Positions 48,810 through 58,486 of a DNA stretch of 64,000 nucleotides are shown here, piece after piece. The notes below the pieces were generated by a model, which saw only the letters and a list, made by a program, of their open reading frames with translations, was not told the origin of the DNA and did no database searches. A program made the translations under genes and the position numbers. Positions within the stretch are counted from its first letter, which is position 1. Every line of letters begins with the position of its first letter. This stretch comes from a virus, in IMG/VR virus record IMGVR_UViG_3300012006_000002, positions 38,767 to 102,766 of that record; one strand, given 5' to 3'.

Positions 48810-51098
48810 ATGCCAAAGAACACATCATCCGATCCGGATTATAATGGAGGTGGTCCGGGCTTGGGTGGGATGACTCCTCCAAGTCACTGGTCCGGGCATT
48901 CTCCGCCTTCAGGGGGACAGACATCGCCGGAACAAGCGGCGGCTGGTCATATTGCCGCAGCGTCGCATCCATCTATCAGTGGCGGAGTGCCGCCCCTGAA
49001 CTCAAGGACTGAGCGATTAGGACGTGTCAACGATGCTCTTGTGGCACGGAACGCGGCGTGGGCCAAACGTGGTGCGGGAGACTCACCTGAGACTCGCTCA
49101 AAAACGCGAGATGATCTTGCGTCACTACCTGACACCTTCTACGCTCCGGAATCGCAGTGGGGGAATGCCACAAGAAAGGAGCTGAAAGAAATAGTCAGGG
49201 TTAACCGTGCGGAGAATCTTGGCAGGCGTTGGGGAACCTTGACGGGGAGCTCGGCACGACGAAGGGGATTCAGGCGGGTGGATGATCTTGAGGCCCGTTA
49301 CGGAAGAGCAGGCCAGAGAGATTGGGGCGCGAGGACAAGAGCCATGGCCCAAGAAATGCTCGATCATGAAAGAGGTATGCCGTCAGCGAGACAGGCCGCG
49401 GTGCGAGCAAAGATAAAGCGGGAAAACAAAATCGTAGCCGCCTTGCAGCAGAGAGATTATGCAGTGGGCAAACGTCGTGCGGGAGATTCGCCTACCCCCG
49501 GCACCAAGACGCGAGATGATCTTGCAGCGCTTGTACGTCAGGGCGACTTGCGACGCGACGCGCCCCCTGACGCGATAAGGGCAGCAAAACGTAATGCGAG
49601 AGTTCTTCGCGCCAAGAAAATTGGCGCTGCTGCCAGAGCGCGTCGCCGTGCTGCGGGAAAACCAGCGGATGCGATGGATCTCAGTCGAAACAGGCGGGTA
49701 CGGCATGTAGATGCTCTTGAGGCGGAGCATGCAAGAGGGACTACTTGGGGTTCGGAAACAAGGCGCATGGCGAGGCAAAAAGTCAGTGACGAGAGCCGTG
49801 CGGATAGATTGTGGCAGATAGCCGCGGCACGCAGGCAAGGGATAACGACCCCCGCGCAGAGGGCACCTGTAGCGAGAGGGCGTCGAGGCGGTTCTGATCC
49901 CGACTCGCAATTTGGCAATGATCGGCGCAATGGCGGTCGTCCGGGAAGGGCATCGGCCCTAACCTCACCTGTTCGCGGGCCAGAACCTCGCGCGGACGGC
50001 AGGCGTCACACCGAGGAGTCCCTGCGGCTACCTGCTGGTCATGAATTTCAGGATATTGACGAAATCCCGCCCAAGGGATTTCCGGCGCATTTGGACGAGG
50101 TAACTCCCAAGGGCGGCGGCGAGCGTCTGCCCATAGACCTCAGTGGAGTCACATTCAAGCAGTACCATCACGAGGGCCGCAGCGGAGACGATCCTGAACA
50201 CATGGCTAATTTTCATGCCATGACTCCGGGGGTCAGGAAGACCGCTGCAGGAAAGTTATTTGTACAAAAGATAGCTCTTCCCGGCAAACGTGGATCTGAA
50301 GCGGTGGATAGTTCCAGAAAGTCTACAAATCAGGAAATGATTGCTGACCGGATTTTCCGGATTCTGGGAGTTCCAGCTCCACGGTCGCAAGTGTATAGCC
50401 TGAAGACAGGATTGCCCGTTCCGCATGATTATAAGTGGTCACCGGGAGAAGCATCCACCCGCCTAGCCGAACATCTTGGCAAGGATTCCACAACGGTGGC
50501 TAGCGCGGATCGGAGACATCAGAGCGCATGGGAAGGGCATGAACGACGATACGCTGTGGCAAAAGCATTGCTCGCTCACGGTGACGATCATCTGAACAAT
50601 ACCATGTTTGATGGAAAGCACATGGACATTCCGTGGAAAGTGGATAATGGCTATGCATTGAAATATAATGCATTCGGAGGCGAAAAAGGTTCAGATATAT
50701 GGGGGGAAGTTTCTCCTCGATCTGTGTTGTTTCCCCAGCTCTATCAAATGATTGGAGAAGGAATCGTAACTCCAAGAGAGGCATACCGGCAAATGGAAGG
50801 TATCGCCAAGATATGGCGTCGTCATGGCGGAGCCATTAGGGAACTGTATAAAAATGACGACGATCCAAAACAAGCCAAGATCTTCGCCAGTCGTGCGGAA
50901 AGCATTGTAAGAGCTGTTGACATGTTCAAGGGTCCGAAAGAGTTTGCTCGGGCGATGAGAACACATTTCAGGGCGTATGATCGGGGTGACCGCGCAACTA
51001 CGAGCGATTTGATTCCAAAGCGCAAGCCCAAGGGATCAAAGTTCAGCACGGGATCGGAGTTCATGGCCCGTTCCTTCAGTTGGGGCATGAACGTCTAG
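48810..51098 (+). CDS. HipA/PI3-PI4K-like kinase paralog with Arg-rich N-terminal repeats
   Basis: FVQK, EMIADRIFRILGVPAP, DDHLNN, WKVDNG; WGxxTR repeats. Confidence 0.75.
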   Translation: MPKNTSSDPDYNGGGPGLGGMTPPSHWSGHSPPSGGQTSPEQAAAGHIAAASHPSISGGVPPLNSRTERLGRVNDALVARNAAWAKRGAGDSPETRSKTRDDLASLPDTFYAPESQWGNATRKELKEIVRVNRAENLGRRWGTLTGSSARRRGFRRVDDLEARYGRAGQRDWGARTRAMAQEMLDHERGMPSARQAAVRAKIKRENKIVAALQQRDYAVGKRRAGDSPTPGTKTRDDLAALVRQGDLRRDAPPDAIRAAKRNARVLRAKKIGAAARARRRAAGKPADAMDLSRNRRVRHVDALEAEHARGTTWGSETRRMARQKVSDESRADRLWQIAAARRQGITTPAQRAPVARGRRGGSDPDSQFGNDRRNGGRPGRASALTSPVRGPEPRADGRRHTEESLRLPAGHEFQDIDEIPPKGFPAHLDEVTPKGGGERLPIDLSGVTFKQYHHEGRSGDDPEHMANFHAMTPGVRKTAAGKLFVQKIALPGKRGSEAVDSSRKSTNQEMIADRIFRILGVPAPRSQVYSLKTGLPVPHDYKWSPGEASTRLAEHLGKDSTTVASADRRHQSAWEGHERRYAVAKALLAHGDDHLNNTMFDGKHMDIPWKVDNGYALKYNAFGGEKGSDIWGEVSPRSVLFPQLYQMIGEGIVTPREAYRQMEGIAKIWRRHGGAIRELYKNDDDPKQAKIFASRAESIVRAVDMFKGPKEFARAMRTHFRAYDRGDRATTSDLIPKRKPKGSKFSTGSEFMARSFSWGMNV

Positions 51099-51100
51099 CA

Positions 51101-51301
51101 TCAATCTCGCGACAGGGGTGTATGAAAGAATTTTATTTCAGTCCAGCGTGACTCCACATCGGTTTCAGGATTCACGTTGGGCACTTTCCATTTTCGGGTC
51201 AGAGCATTCTCATGATCTTGCAGGGATTCTTCTCGAACATCACGGATACGTTCTTCTTCTTTTTGAAGTATCTTTTTGGAGGAAATGTCCGCCTCTTTCA
51301 T
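51101..51301 (-). CDS. Small charged hypothetical protein
   Basis: 66 aa; SD AAAGGA; divergent from the 51391 ORF. Confidence 0.45.
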   Translation of the reverse strand: MKEADISSKKILQKEEERIRDVREESLQDHENALTRKWKVPNVNPETDVESRWTEIKFFHTPLSRD

Positions 51302-51390
51302 GATGATGTCCTTTCAAAAGCCGTTGTCAGTATAGTAAAAATTTATTATAGTATAGACACACACCAATTATACAGATTCGGGAGAACACG

Positions 51391-52014
51391 ATGACAAGCA
51401 GCCCCGCAATGAAAAGAATCCATGCGAATGTGCTTGACACTTTCGATGAATCCCGAGAGAACACTCAAAAAATCATCCGTCGGGAAGAACGACGCCAAAA
51501 GAAGCGCATCCTTGACGATCATACCGGACGGGGAATCCCGAAGCATGTCCAGAAAATTACGCATGGAATTGAGCAGCACGCACGCAATCTGCAAACGAAG
51601 GTTGACCGGGACCAATCCGCGCGTCGCCGGGAGGCATCACGGGAGTTACGGAAGCATACCGAGATGATTGCGAAAGCGGCTGCAAGGGCAAACCCAACGA
51701 CTCCAAGGTCAACCCCGCGCCGTTCAAATCGACGTAGTTTCTTCGGCACTGCTGCAAAGATAGCCATAGGAGGTGCAGGGGCGGCGGCTTCGGGGTTAGC
51801 GCTGGTAAATAACGGGCAAACGTTTCTCCGGAATAATCCAGAATTTCCTGATGCCGTCAAAACTACTGTCAATAACAACAGGGGCGTTATTGACAAGGTG
51901 ACTGACTGGGCAAAGAATGTCATGAAACCCAAAGAAAAATCGTTCTCCAGAACAGTTGCAAAAAGCGCACTATACAGGCCTAAAAAAGTCATGCTGATGC
52001 TCGCCTCAACATAA
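51391..52014 (+). CDS. Basic protein with a Gly/Ala hydrophobic segment (putative virion protein)
   Basis: 207 aa; C-terminal VAKS...VMLMLAST. Confidence 0.6.
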   Translation: MTSSPAMKRIHANVLDTFDESRENTQKIIRREERRQKKRILDDHTGRGIPKHVQKITHGIEQHARNLQTKVDRDQSARRREASRELRKHTEMIAKAAARANPTTPRSTPRRSNRRSFFGTAAKIAIGGAGAAASGLALVNNGQTFLRNNPEFPDAVKTTVNNNRGVIDKVTDWAKNVMKPKEKSFSRTVAKSALYRPKKVMLMLAST

Positions 52015-52025
52015 GCAGTTAATTC

Positions 52026-55000
52026 ATGAACAATATCGAACATACCCGACTCGTTGCAATGGAGATGATGAATCCGCTGTTCAAGATTCTTGGTGAAGCA
52101 TCGCGCAAGAACGGAATGGCGTACTATGCGCGGCGGAACAAGAATCTGACGAAGGTGTTTGCGTCAATCAGGAAATTTCCTACTGGAAAGTTTGTGCCTG
52201 CCAGTGGAGTTTATGAGGGGGAACATGAAGGGGTCTTTGGCAACGACCGGAGTTTGTACTTACATGTCCGTCCAAGTCCTCAGCGTATAACCCATGTTGA
52301 TGGCGTGAACACGAGACTTCATCTAGACGATGAGGCAGACCGTCCAGTTCATCCATACATCGAATATATGCAGGTCAAGCCGGGAGCAGCCAATCCCGGC
52401 CCAGAGCATGCCCAGCAAGTATATGAAGCGCTGCATCGTCAGGGATATACCGGCGATACCATGAAGTTCCATGCGCCTACGGATGAAGATGGTCGGCGCG
52501 ACAAGAACGGGCTTAACAGGCGTCAGAGGTTATACCGTCCCTTTGTCCAAGGATGGAAGGACTTCATCCGGTCGAAGGGCAACAAGCAATACCCACCAGA
52601 GAAGTATGAGAACCTTATTAATATACATTTTGAGCGATCATTCGGGGGTCCGCTGTTCAAGATCCTTGGGGCACAAGCGCGCGATCAGGGAATGGACCGT
52701 CATCCACATGTGGCCGATGCGTTTGACTCTTCGGAAAAATATCCTACTGGCCACTTTGCCCCTTTTGGCGGTCATAGTGAGTGGGATGATAGTGCCAACC
52801 ATTGGGATGGACATGAGGGAATCTTCGGCAAGGACCGGGATCTTTATCTTCATGTCAAGCCTGCTCCGCAGCATGCCACTCATGTTGATGGAGAGAACAC
52901 AATGCTTGATCTGGATGACGAGGAAAACCGCCCAATTCATCCGTACATCCAGTACCTGCAGGTCAAGCCGGGAGCAGCCAATCCCGGCCCCGAGCATGCC
53001 CAGCAAGTATATGAGGCGCTCCATCGGCAGGGATATACCGGCGATACCATGGATTTCTTTGCACCTTCGGATTCGGATGGTCGGCGCGACAAGAACGGGC
53101 TTAACAGGCGTCAGAGGTTATACCGTCCCTTTGTCCAAGGCTGGAAGGACTTCATCCGCGCAAAGGGGTACAAGCAATACCCGATGGCAAAATCGTTGAC
53201 CAGACGGTTTTGGGAAAGGAAACCACAGGTTGGTGCTGCGCCACCTCCGGAGCCTGCGCAGGACAGGCCGAGTCTTGCCAGCCGCATGCTTGGAAAGGTC
53301 AAGGTCACGAGACGTTCTGGCTTGGAGGGAGCATCGGCAATTGCGTCAAATCCCAAGGCGGCGGGAAAGATAGCGCTTGACATGGCTGCTCCCGGAGCAT
53401 CCGCCATCGCCAGTGGTGTGCCCGCTCTTCCCAAGGTCGCGGGAGGGACCGATCTTTCCTCGCTGGTTCATCGCGTCGGTTCGAATCCGTCTGCGGAAAC
53501 ATGGGTCTCGTCAGGATTAGGAATAGTGCGTGGCGCTACAACCGGGTTGCTGGGAGTGCTAGTTCCCGGCGGAAGCAAGTCAATAGCAAGTTCTTCGGTA
53601 ACGGCAGGTTCGGGGGTCATGGACGGAATCAAGAAACTGGGAAGCGATCCTGATTTTGCTAGCGGGGCATCCGAATGGTGGCCAAGGAAGAAGGGTGCCC
53701 CGCATGCTGTTCTTCAGCATGCAATACGATTGGCTGCGGCTGGAAAGCAGATAACCAGAAGAGGGTTGTCTGATGCATTGGTTAGAGAAGAAATGACGGC
53801 ACCAATTGTCAGATCTCCTTCCGGAACATTTCATGACATACCTGACCTCATTGGTCCAAAAGTTTCCAATAGTAGCGGAATGTCCGTGTATGTTCTTCCC
53901 GCAGAACATCAAACCAGACATCTTGGCCCAATAGCCCACTATGGAAGCGACGAGAAATTCGGATCTGTCATACAGTTGAGTGGTCATGATGCTGAAGCAG
54001 AAGATTATAAAAAAATGTCAGAAATCATGCGTCCGATACTGGCAGCAGACAAGGCAAACCCCTATGTGGGAGGCATCACCGATCTCACGGGGAATATGGA
54101 TCACAAGAGAGGAAGGCAGATTGCGGGTACAGCGCAGCCTTGGGAAGAGGCAGAGCCGATTTCCTTTGATGGTCCGGAACACGCTTTTGAAGAATTCGAC
54201 AGAAAGCATAATGAAAACGGGGTTGGAAAGTCAATTGTCAAAAAAGGGGAAGCAGAGAAAGAAAGGCGTGCAAAGAAGAGAGAAAAAGAAGAGCAAGAAA
54301 AGCGCGCAAAAAAGCCGAGATATCGTGATGACGATATGGCATCGCGGATGGCCGCTCAAGAGCGCATGCGTACCGCACAGGACAGGATCAGGCCAGCCAA
54401 TCGCTCACGCCTTGAGCGATCATTGTCGTCCATGGAAAAAAGCGCCGCATGGCAACGCAAGGAAGGCAAGAACCCCAAGGGCGGACTCAACGCCAAGGGG
54501 CGGGCATCAGCCAAGCGCGAGGGCCACAATCTCAAGGCTCCGGTGAAATCGGGCGACAATCCTCGCCGCGCATCGTTTCTTGCCAGAATGGGCGGAAGTC
54601 CCGGCCCCGAATATGATGAGCATGGGAAGCCAACCAGATTGTTGCTGGCCCTTCGTGTGTGGGGAGCATCGAGCAAGGCGGATGCGAAGCGAAAGGCAGC
54701 GGCCATGAGCGAGCGGCTCAAGAAAAAGAAACTTGCAAAAGGCCGGGGCGAAGATGCGCGGCAAGACCATTTATTTTCCGGCGCTAAAGGATTTAGTGAA
54801 CGCGATTATCCAACGGGGCAAATGACGAAAACTTCGCAGCTAGGTGTATATGGTATGTCGCATATAGGTGTATTTGGAGAAAAGAGACATATTCTCGTAG
54901 AATCCCACAAAGCATACCCCGATAGCACTCACATTGAATGGGTACATATAGAACCCGGTACAAAAGTTGAACCACATCATATTACGGAGATTTTTGGAGC

Positions 55001-55835
55001 ATTGCATGACGCGGGGTACACGAAGCCGATGAGTTGGAGTGCGCTAGAAGACAATGATGAAAGATTTTCTGATCGGCAATCTTCCCGCAGGGATCGTCTT
55101 TTCCGTCCGCTGGCAGCTCAATGGGACAAATTTGTTGCGGCGAAGCAAGCCAAGATGAGCAAGGCAGAGCTAGACGCAAAAAAGCCAAACCATAATACCT
55201 CCGGCCCCCGTTCCCCCCGCTGGCAGCCCGCAGTTGGCCCAACGCTCACGCCACGCCAGATTGCCATTCAACAGCGAAGCGCCCAAAAATTGGCGGAACT
55301 TGCCGCCCTTCCGGCCGGATCTCCCCAAGCGAGAGAAGCGACTGTGCCCAAGCGATCACGGACACCGTTGATGCCAAGACGCTCGCAAGGGCTTCTCGCA
55401 TCATCCGCTGATGGCCATGTCTCTGTCGCGGAAGCCGCAAGAATACTCGGCATACCGCACTCGGCAGTGACGAAACATATCGAACGAGGTACGTTCCCCG
55501 CAAGATATGAAGCATCCAAGCGCACCATAGATACGAGTCATCCCCACTTCATCGCAGTCCGCGATGGCCTCCGGCAAGGCAAGACCATGAAGACCATTCT
55601 TTATGATCTTGAGGAGAAGCCAGTAACCGAGGAGGAAAAGAAGGACTCCTATGGCGAAATGTACGGCTATCCGCAAGGGAAACGCCGCTACCGCTCCTCA
55701 CGCACACGGACCGGCACGTCCAGACAAGCACGCCTCGGCCAGTACCAGAGAATCTCCCCGGTGACTGGCAAACCCAGCAAGAGTACGAGTCTGGGTCGCC
55801 CTCCCCTCGCTGATCCCTACGCGCTGTTTGATTGA
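52026..55835 (+). CDS. Multi-module polyprotein-like virion protein (3 related domains, DUF6321-like segment, HTH)
   Basis: Two near-identical ~180-aa domains plus a divergent third copy; AWQRKEGKNPKGGLNAKGRAS segment; VSVAEAARILGI excisionase-type HTH. Confidence 0.7.
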   Translation: MNNIEHTRLVAMEMMNPLFKILGEASRKNGMAYYARRNKNLTKVFASIRKFPTGKFVPASGVYEGEHEGVFGNDRSLYLHVRPSPQRITHVDGVNTRLHLDDEADRPVHPYIEYMQVKPGAANPGPEHAQQVYEALHRQGYTGDTMKFHAPTDEDGRRDKNGLNRRQRLYRPFVQGWKDFIRSKGNKQYPPEKYENLINIHFERSFGGPLFKILGAQARDQGMDRHPHVADAFDSSEKYPTGHFAPFGGHSEWDDSANHWDGHEGIFGKDRDLYLHVKPAPQHATHVDGENTMLDLDDEENRPIHPYIQYLQVKPGAANPGPEHAQQVYEALHRQGYTGDTMDFFAPSDSDGRRDKNGLNRRQRLYRPFVQGWKDFIRAKGYKQYPMAKSLTRRFWERKPQVGAAPPPEPAQDRPSLASRMLGKVKVTRRSGLEGASAIASNPKAAGKIALDMAAPGASAIASGVPALPKVAGGTDLSSLVHRVGSNPSAETWVSSGLGIVRGATTGLLGVLVPGGSKSIASSSVTAGSGVMDGIKKLGSDPDFASGASEWWPRKKGAPHAVLQHAIRLAAAGKQITRRGLSDALVREEMTAPIVRSPSGTFHDIPDLIGPKVSNSSGMSVYVLPAEHQTRHLGPIAHYGSDEKFGSVIQLSGHDAEAEDYKKMSEIMRPILAADKANPYVGGITDLTGNMDHKRGRQIAGTAQPWEEAEPISFDGPEHAFEEFDRKHNENGVGKSIVKKGEAEKERRAKKREKEEQEKRAKKPRYRDDDMASRMAAQERMRTAQDRIRPANRSRLERSLSSMEKSAAWQRKEGKNPKGGLNAKGRASAKREGHNLKAPVKSGDNPRRASFLARMGGSPGPEYDEHGKPTRLLLALRVWGASSKADAKRKAAAMSERLKKKKLAKGRGEDARQDHLFSGAKGFSERDYPTGQMTKTSQLGVYGMSHIGVFGEKRHILVESHKAYPDSTHIEWVHIEPGTKVEPHHITEIFGALHDAGYTKPMSWSALEDNDERFSDRQSSRRDRLFRPLAAQWDKFVAAKQAKMSKAELDAKKPNHNTSGPRSPRWQPAVGPTLTPRQIAIQQRSAQKLAELAALPAGSPQAREATVPKRSRTPLMPRRSQGLLASSADGHVSVAEAARILGIPHSAVTKHIERGTFPARYEASKRTIDTSHPHFIAVRDGLRQGKTMKTILYDLEEKPVTEEEKKDSYGEMYGYPQGKRRYRSSRTRTGTSRQARLGQYQRISPVTGKPSKSTSLGRPPLADPYALFD

Positions 55836-55880
55836 TATATATTTATTCATTGATACCCTCCCGGATCAGCATGTACCACC

Positions 55881-55951
55881 GAGAAATTTTATTTTTGGAA
55901 ATTTTTTCTGGAAATTTTTCTGGAGAATTTTCTGGAGAATTTTCTGGGAAA
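55881..55951. repeat. Tandem 12-13 bp T-tract repeats
   Basis: GGA(G/A)A(A/T)TTTTCT-like unit, about 5 copies. Confidence 0.85.
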
Positions 55952-56073
55952 CGGGAGCCTAATCGCCACTTTCGTGGCTTCCCCCTCCCCTCCCCCCCAG
56001 TGGCCGAATTAATTAATTTCTCACTCCCACCCACCCCCCACCCAGCCGGGTGAGTGGGCACCCATAGGCCCAT

Positions 56074-56110
56074 GGCCTCTTGAGTGGCCGGTCAGGCCAC
56101 TCAAGAGGCC
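56074..56110. repeat. Perfect 16-bp inverted repeat
   Basis: GGCCTCTTGAGTGGCC-GGTCA-GGCCACTCAAGAGGCC. Confidence 0.9.
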
Positions 56111-56230
56111 TGAGACGGGCCGGGGCCGCGTCCCTTGATGTTGACATATTGCACATATAGTGCCCTTACCCGAACTGCACCTGTGCCTCCGTGAGACCCC
56201 CTCTGGGATACACCCCCCAAACCGCCACAC

Positions 56231-56439
56231 CACCCACACCGGGGCCGCGCCCCTCTATCCACCCCCGACCGGCACACCGGGGCCGCGTCTCTGGAAGGGT
56301 GGTGGGCCTATACCATTCCCTGCGGGCGGCGATGCCGTTCCGGTCTGTACCATTCTCTAATGACAACGATGCCGTTTGTTTGTGTTAGTCTATAGCAGAT
56401 CGGTCGCGGGGGTAGGATCCGCGATCACAGGAGCTCCCG
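56231..56439 (+). repeat. Cassette element 1 (promoter/leader unit)
   Basis: Two CCGGGGCCGCG boxes 26 nt apart; doubled CT(A/G)TACCATT-N13-GATGCCGTT; TGTTAGTCT extended -10; hairpin; SD AGGAG. Confidence 0.85.
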
Positions 56440-56841
56440 ATGGCACGCACGCAACGCGATGGCACTAGTCCCCTTGGGCGTTGGATCCGCCCGGAGAAGC
56501 GTTACGCGATCTACGCGCGTGACGGATTCAAGTGTGCATATTGCACAAAGGATCTGCAGGTCGTGAAGCGCGAGCTGGATCGCCAGCTCGATCACCTTGA
56601 CGGGCGCGCGATCCGGTTCACGGCCGGTGGTCAGGCCGTCCGGAATAATCACCAGTCGAATCTGGTGACGGCGTGCGCGGGATGCAACGCCGCAAAGGCG
56701 GACATCGCGTTCGCAGTGTTTGCGAAGCGGTTCGCCGGTTCCCAGTCGCGCATCGCACGACTGGTGAAGCTCCCGTTGGACATTCCGGCGGCGAGGATCG
56801 CACTCGGGCTTCCGCCCGTGCGAGGGTACGTCCGGGACTAG
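56440..56841 (+). CDS. HNH endonuclease (cassette 1)
   Basis: RDGFKCAYC...LDH...NLVTACAGCNAAK. Confidence 0.85.
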   Translation: MARTQRDGTSPLGRWIRPEKRYAIYARDGFKCAYCTKDLQVVKRELDRQLDHLDGRAIRFTAGGQAVRNNHQSNLVTACAGCNAAKADIAFAVFAKRFAGSQSRIARLVKLPLDIPAARIALGLPPVRGYVRD

Positions 56842-56860
56842 TCCCGCACTCCGCCCGAGG

Positions 56861-57113
56861 AACCCCGGCTTCGGCCGGGGTTTTGTTTTGCCCGCAATCC
56901 GTCGCGGGTGTGGGAAATGGTACAGCCCCATCACCATTGCACCGGGGCCGCGTCCCTCCACCCACCCCCGACCGACGCGCCGGGGCCGCGTATGCTGTGG
57001 GGTGGGGGGGCATGACCCTGTACCATTCTCTAAGACCGACGATGCCGTTTAGACCTGTTACACTAGGGGCAGAGGTTGCGCCACCACACGCGCGACCCGG
57101 TCGGGAGGCCACC
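56861..57113 (+). repeat. Terminator + cassette element 2
   Basis: CCCCGGCTTCGGCCGGGG plus T-tract, then the full conserved element. Confidence 0.9.
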
Positions 57114-57308
57114 ATGCCCACTGCCACTGCCACCCTCGTGGAGCTCACTGCCCACGAGGCGTTTGCCTACTTCACCGAGCAGGTGAAGCAGGCGCACGCC
57201 GCCCGCGCACGCGCGCGGCACACCTACGCCTTGCGGAAGGCGGAGAACCGAATCCGCCATTGGGAGGCGGAGAAGCGACGCGCCCTCGCGGCCATCCGCG
57301 AGGGCTAG
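57114..57308 (+). CDS. Hypothetical protein, 64 aa (cassette 2)
   Basis: GGGAGGCCACC-ATG; MPTATATLVEL... Confidence 0.75.
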   Translation: MPTATATLVELTAHEAFAYFTEQVKQAHAARARARHTYALRKAENRIRHWEAEKRRALAAIREG

Positions 57309-57312
57309 TCCC

Positions 57313-57566
57313 AAGCCCCGGCTTCGGCCGGGGTTTTCTTTTGCCCGCAATCTGTCGCGGGTGTGGGAAATGGTACAGCCCCATCATCATTACACCGGGG
57401 CCGCGTGCCCCCACCCACCCGCGCCGAATGCGCCGGGGCCGCGTATGCTGTGGGGTGGGGGGGCATGACCCTGTACCATTCTCTAAGACCGACGATGCCG
57501 TTCAGACCTGTTACACTAGGGGCAGAGGTTGCGCCACCACACGCGCGACCCGGTCGGGAGGCCACC
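57313..57566 (+). repeat. Terminator + cassette element 3
   Basis: Near-identical to element 2 except for the 26-nt inter-box spacer. Confidence 0.9.
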
Positions 57567-57791
57567 ATGTCCACCACCCAAACCGCTGCGCCGCTCGCGC
57601 CCGTCGTTCAGGACGCGCTTGAGCGCGTTCTGGCCATCTACACGCGCGTCGAGCCGATGCTCGCCGCGCACGACGCCGTTGAGGCAGGCACGCGCATCCG
57701 CGACCTCGTCTACCTCGTGGAGACGATGCGCATCTCGGAGCGTAAGGCACTCGCGGAGATCGCGAAGGTGCGTGCGTTTATCCTCGGATAG
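57567..57791 (+). CDS. Hypothetical protein, 74 aa (cassette 3)
   Basis: GGGAGGCCACC-ATG; MSTTQTAAPL... Confidence 0.75.
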   Translation: MSTTQTAAPLAPVVQDALERVLAIYTRVEPMLAAHDAVEAGTRIRDLVYLVETMRISERKALAEIAKVRAFILG

Positions 57792-57810
57792 CCGCACGCA
57801 CTCCGCTCGC

Positions 57811-58069
57811 GAGACCCCGGCTTCGGCCGGGGTTTCTTTTTGCCCGCAATCTGTCGCGGGTGTGGGAAATGGTACAGCCCCATCACCATTGCACCGGGGC
57901 CGCGTGCCCCCACCCACCCGCGCCGAATGCGCCGGGGCCGCGTATGCTGTAGGGTGGGGGGGCATGACCCTGTACCATTCTCTAAGACCGACGATGCCGT
58001 TCAGACACCTGTTACACTAGTGGCAGTGGTCGGGACACCCAACACCCCGACCCGGCCGGGAGGGCCACC
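57811..58069 (+). repeat. Terminator + cassette element 4
   Basis: Full element with the GGTCGGG/CCCGACC leader. Confidence 0.9.
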
Positions 58070-58465
58070 ATGTCCACCATCACCACTCGCACCCCGCTGA
58101 AGGTCGCGCAGGAGTTTGTCCTGCCGTTCGTCGGCTTCCGCAAGCTGGAGGACGCAGACCTCGAAGGACGCTTGGACGTTCAGGAGGGTCTGCGCCAGTA
58201 CGTGATCGCCTACGATGGGCGCTTCGCGTTCATGCTGTCCTTGTACCGCGGGGCGGTCAAGGGCACCCTGTCCATCGGTCAACTGCGCGGGGCGGCCAAC
58301 GTCCTTCGCGCAGAGCTCGCGCCGAAGAAGGGCAAGGGCAAGGGCAAGGGCGCGCGCGCCGAAGATCCGGAGACGCGGGCGTTCCGCCAGATCGTCGAGT
58401 CCATCGAGGGCGACGGGTCTTACGCGCCCACGTGGGAGGACGCGCAGGACTACTTCGACAGGTAG
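58070..58465 (+). CDS. Hypothetical protein, 131 aa (cassette 4)
   Basis: SD GGAGG; contains a KGKGKG linker. Confidence 0.75.
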   Translation: MSTITTRTPLKVAQEFVLPFVGFRKLEDADLEGRLDVQEGLRQYVIAYDGRFAFMLSLYRGAVKGTLSIGQLRGAANVLRAELAPKKGKGKGKGARAEDPETRAFRQIVESIEGDGSYAPTWEDAQDYFDR

Positions 58466-58486
58466 TCCCGCGCACTCCGCCCGCGG

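Noticed and set aside
12261-51356. TATAGTATA-like late promoter motif (12261, ~26466, 42275, 51347)
   Set aside because: Only a few AT-rich instances, not distinguishable by eye from ordinary -10 boxes.
52370-53160. Diversity-generating retroelement TR/VR pair
   Set aside because: Both copies are in-frame parts of one ORF, differences are not adenine-specific, and no reverse transcriptase is in the window.
56141-56161. sigma70 promoter TTGACA...TATAGT
   Set aside because: Spacer is only 9 bp.
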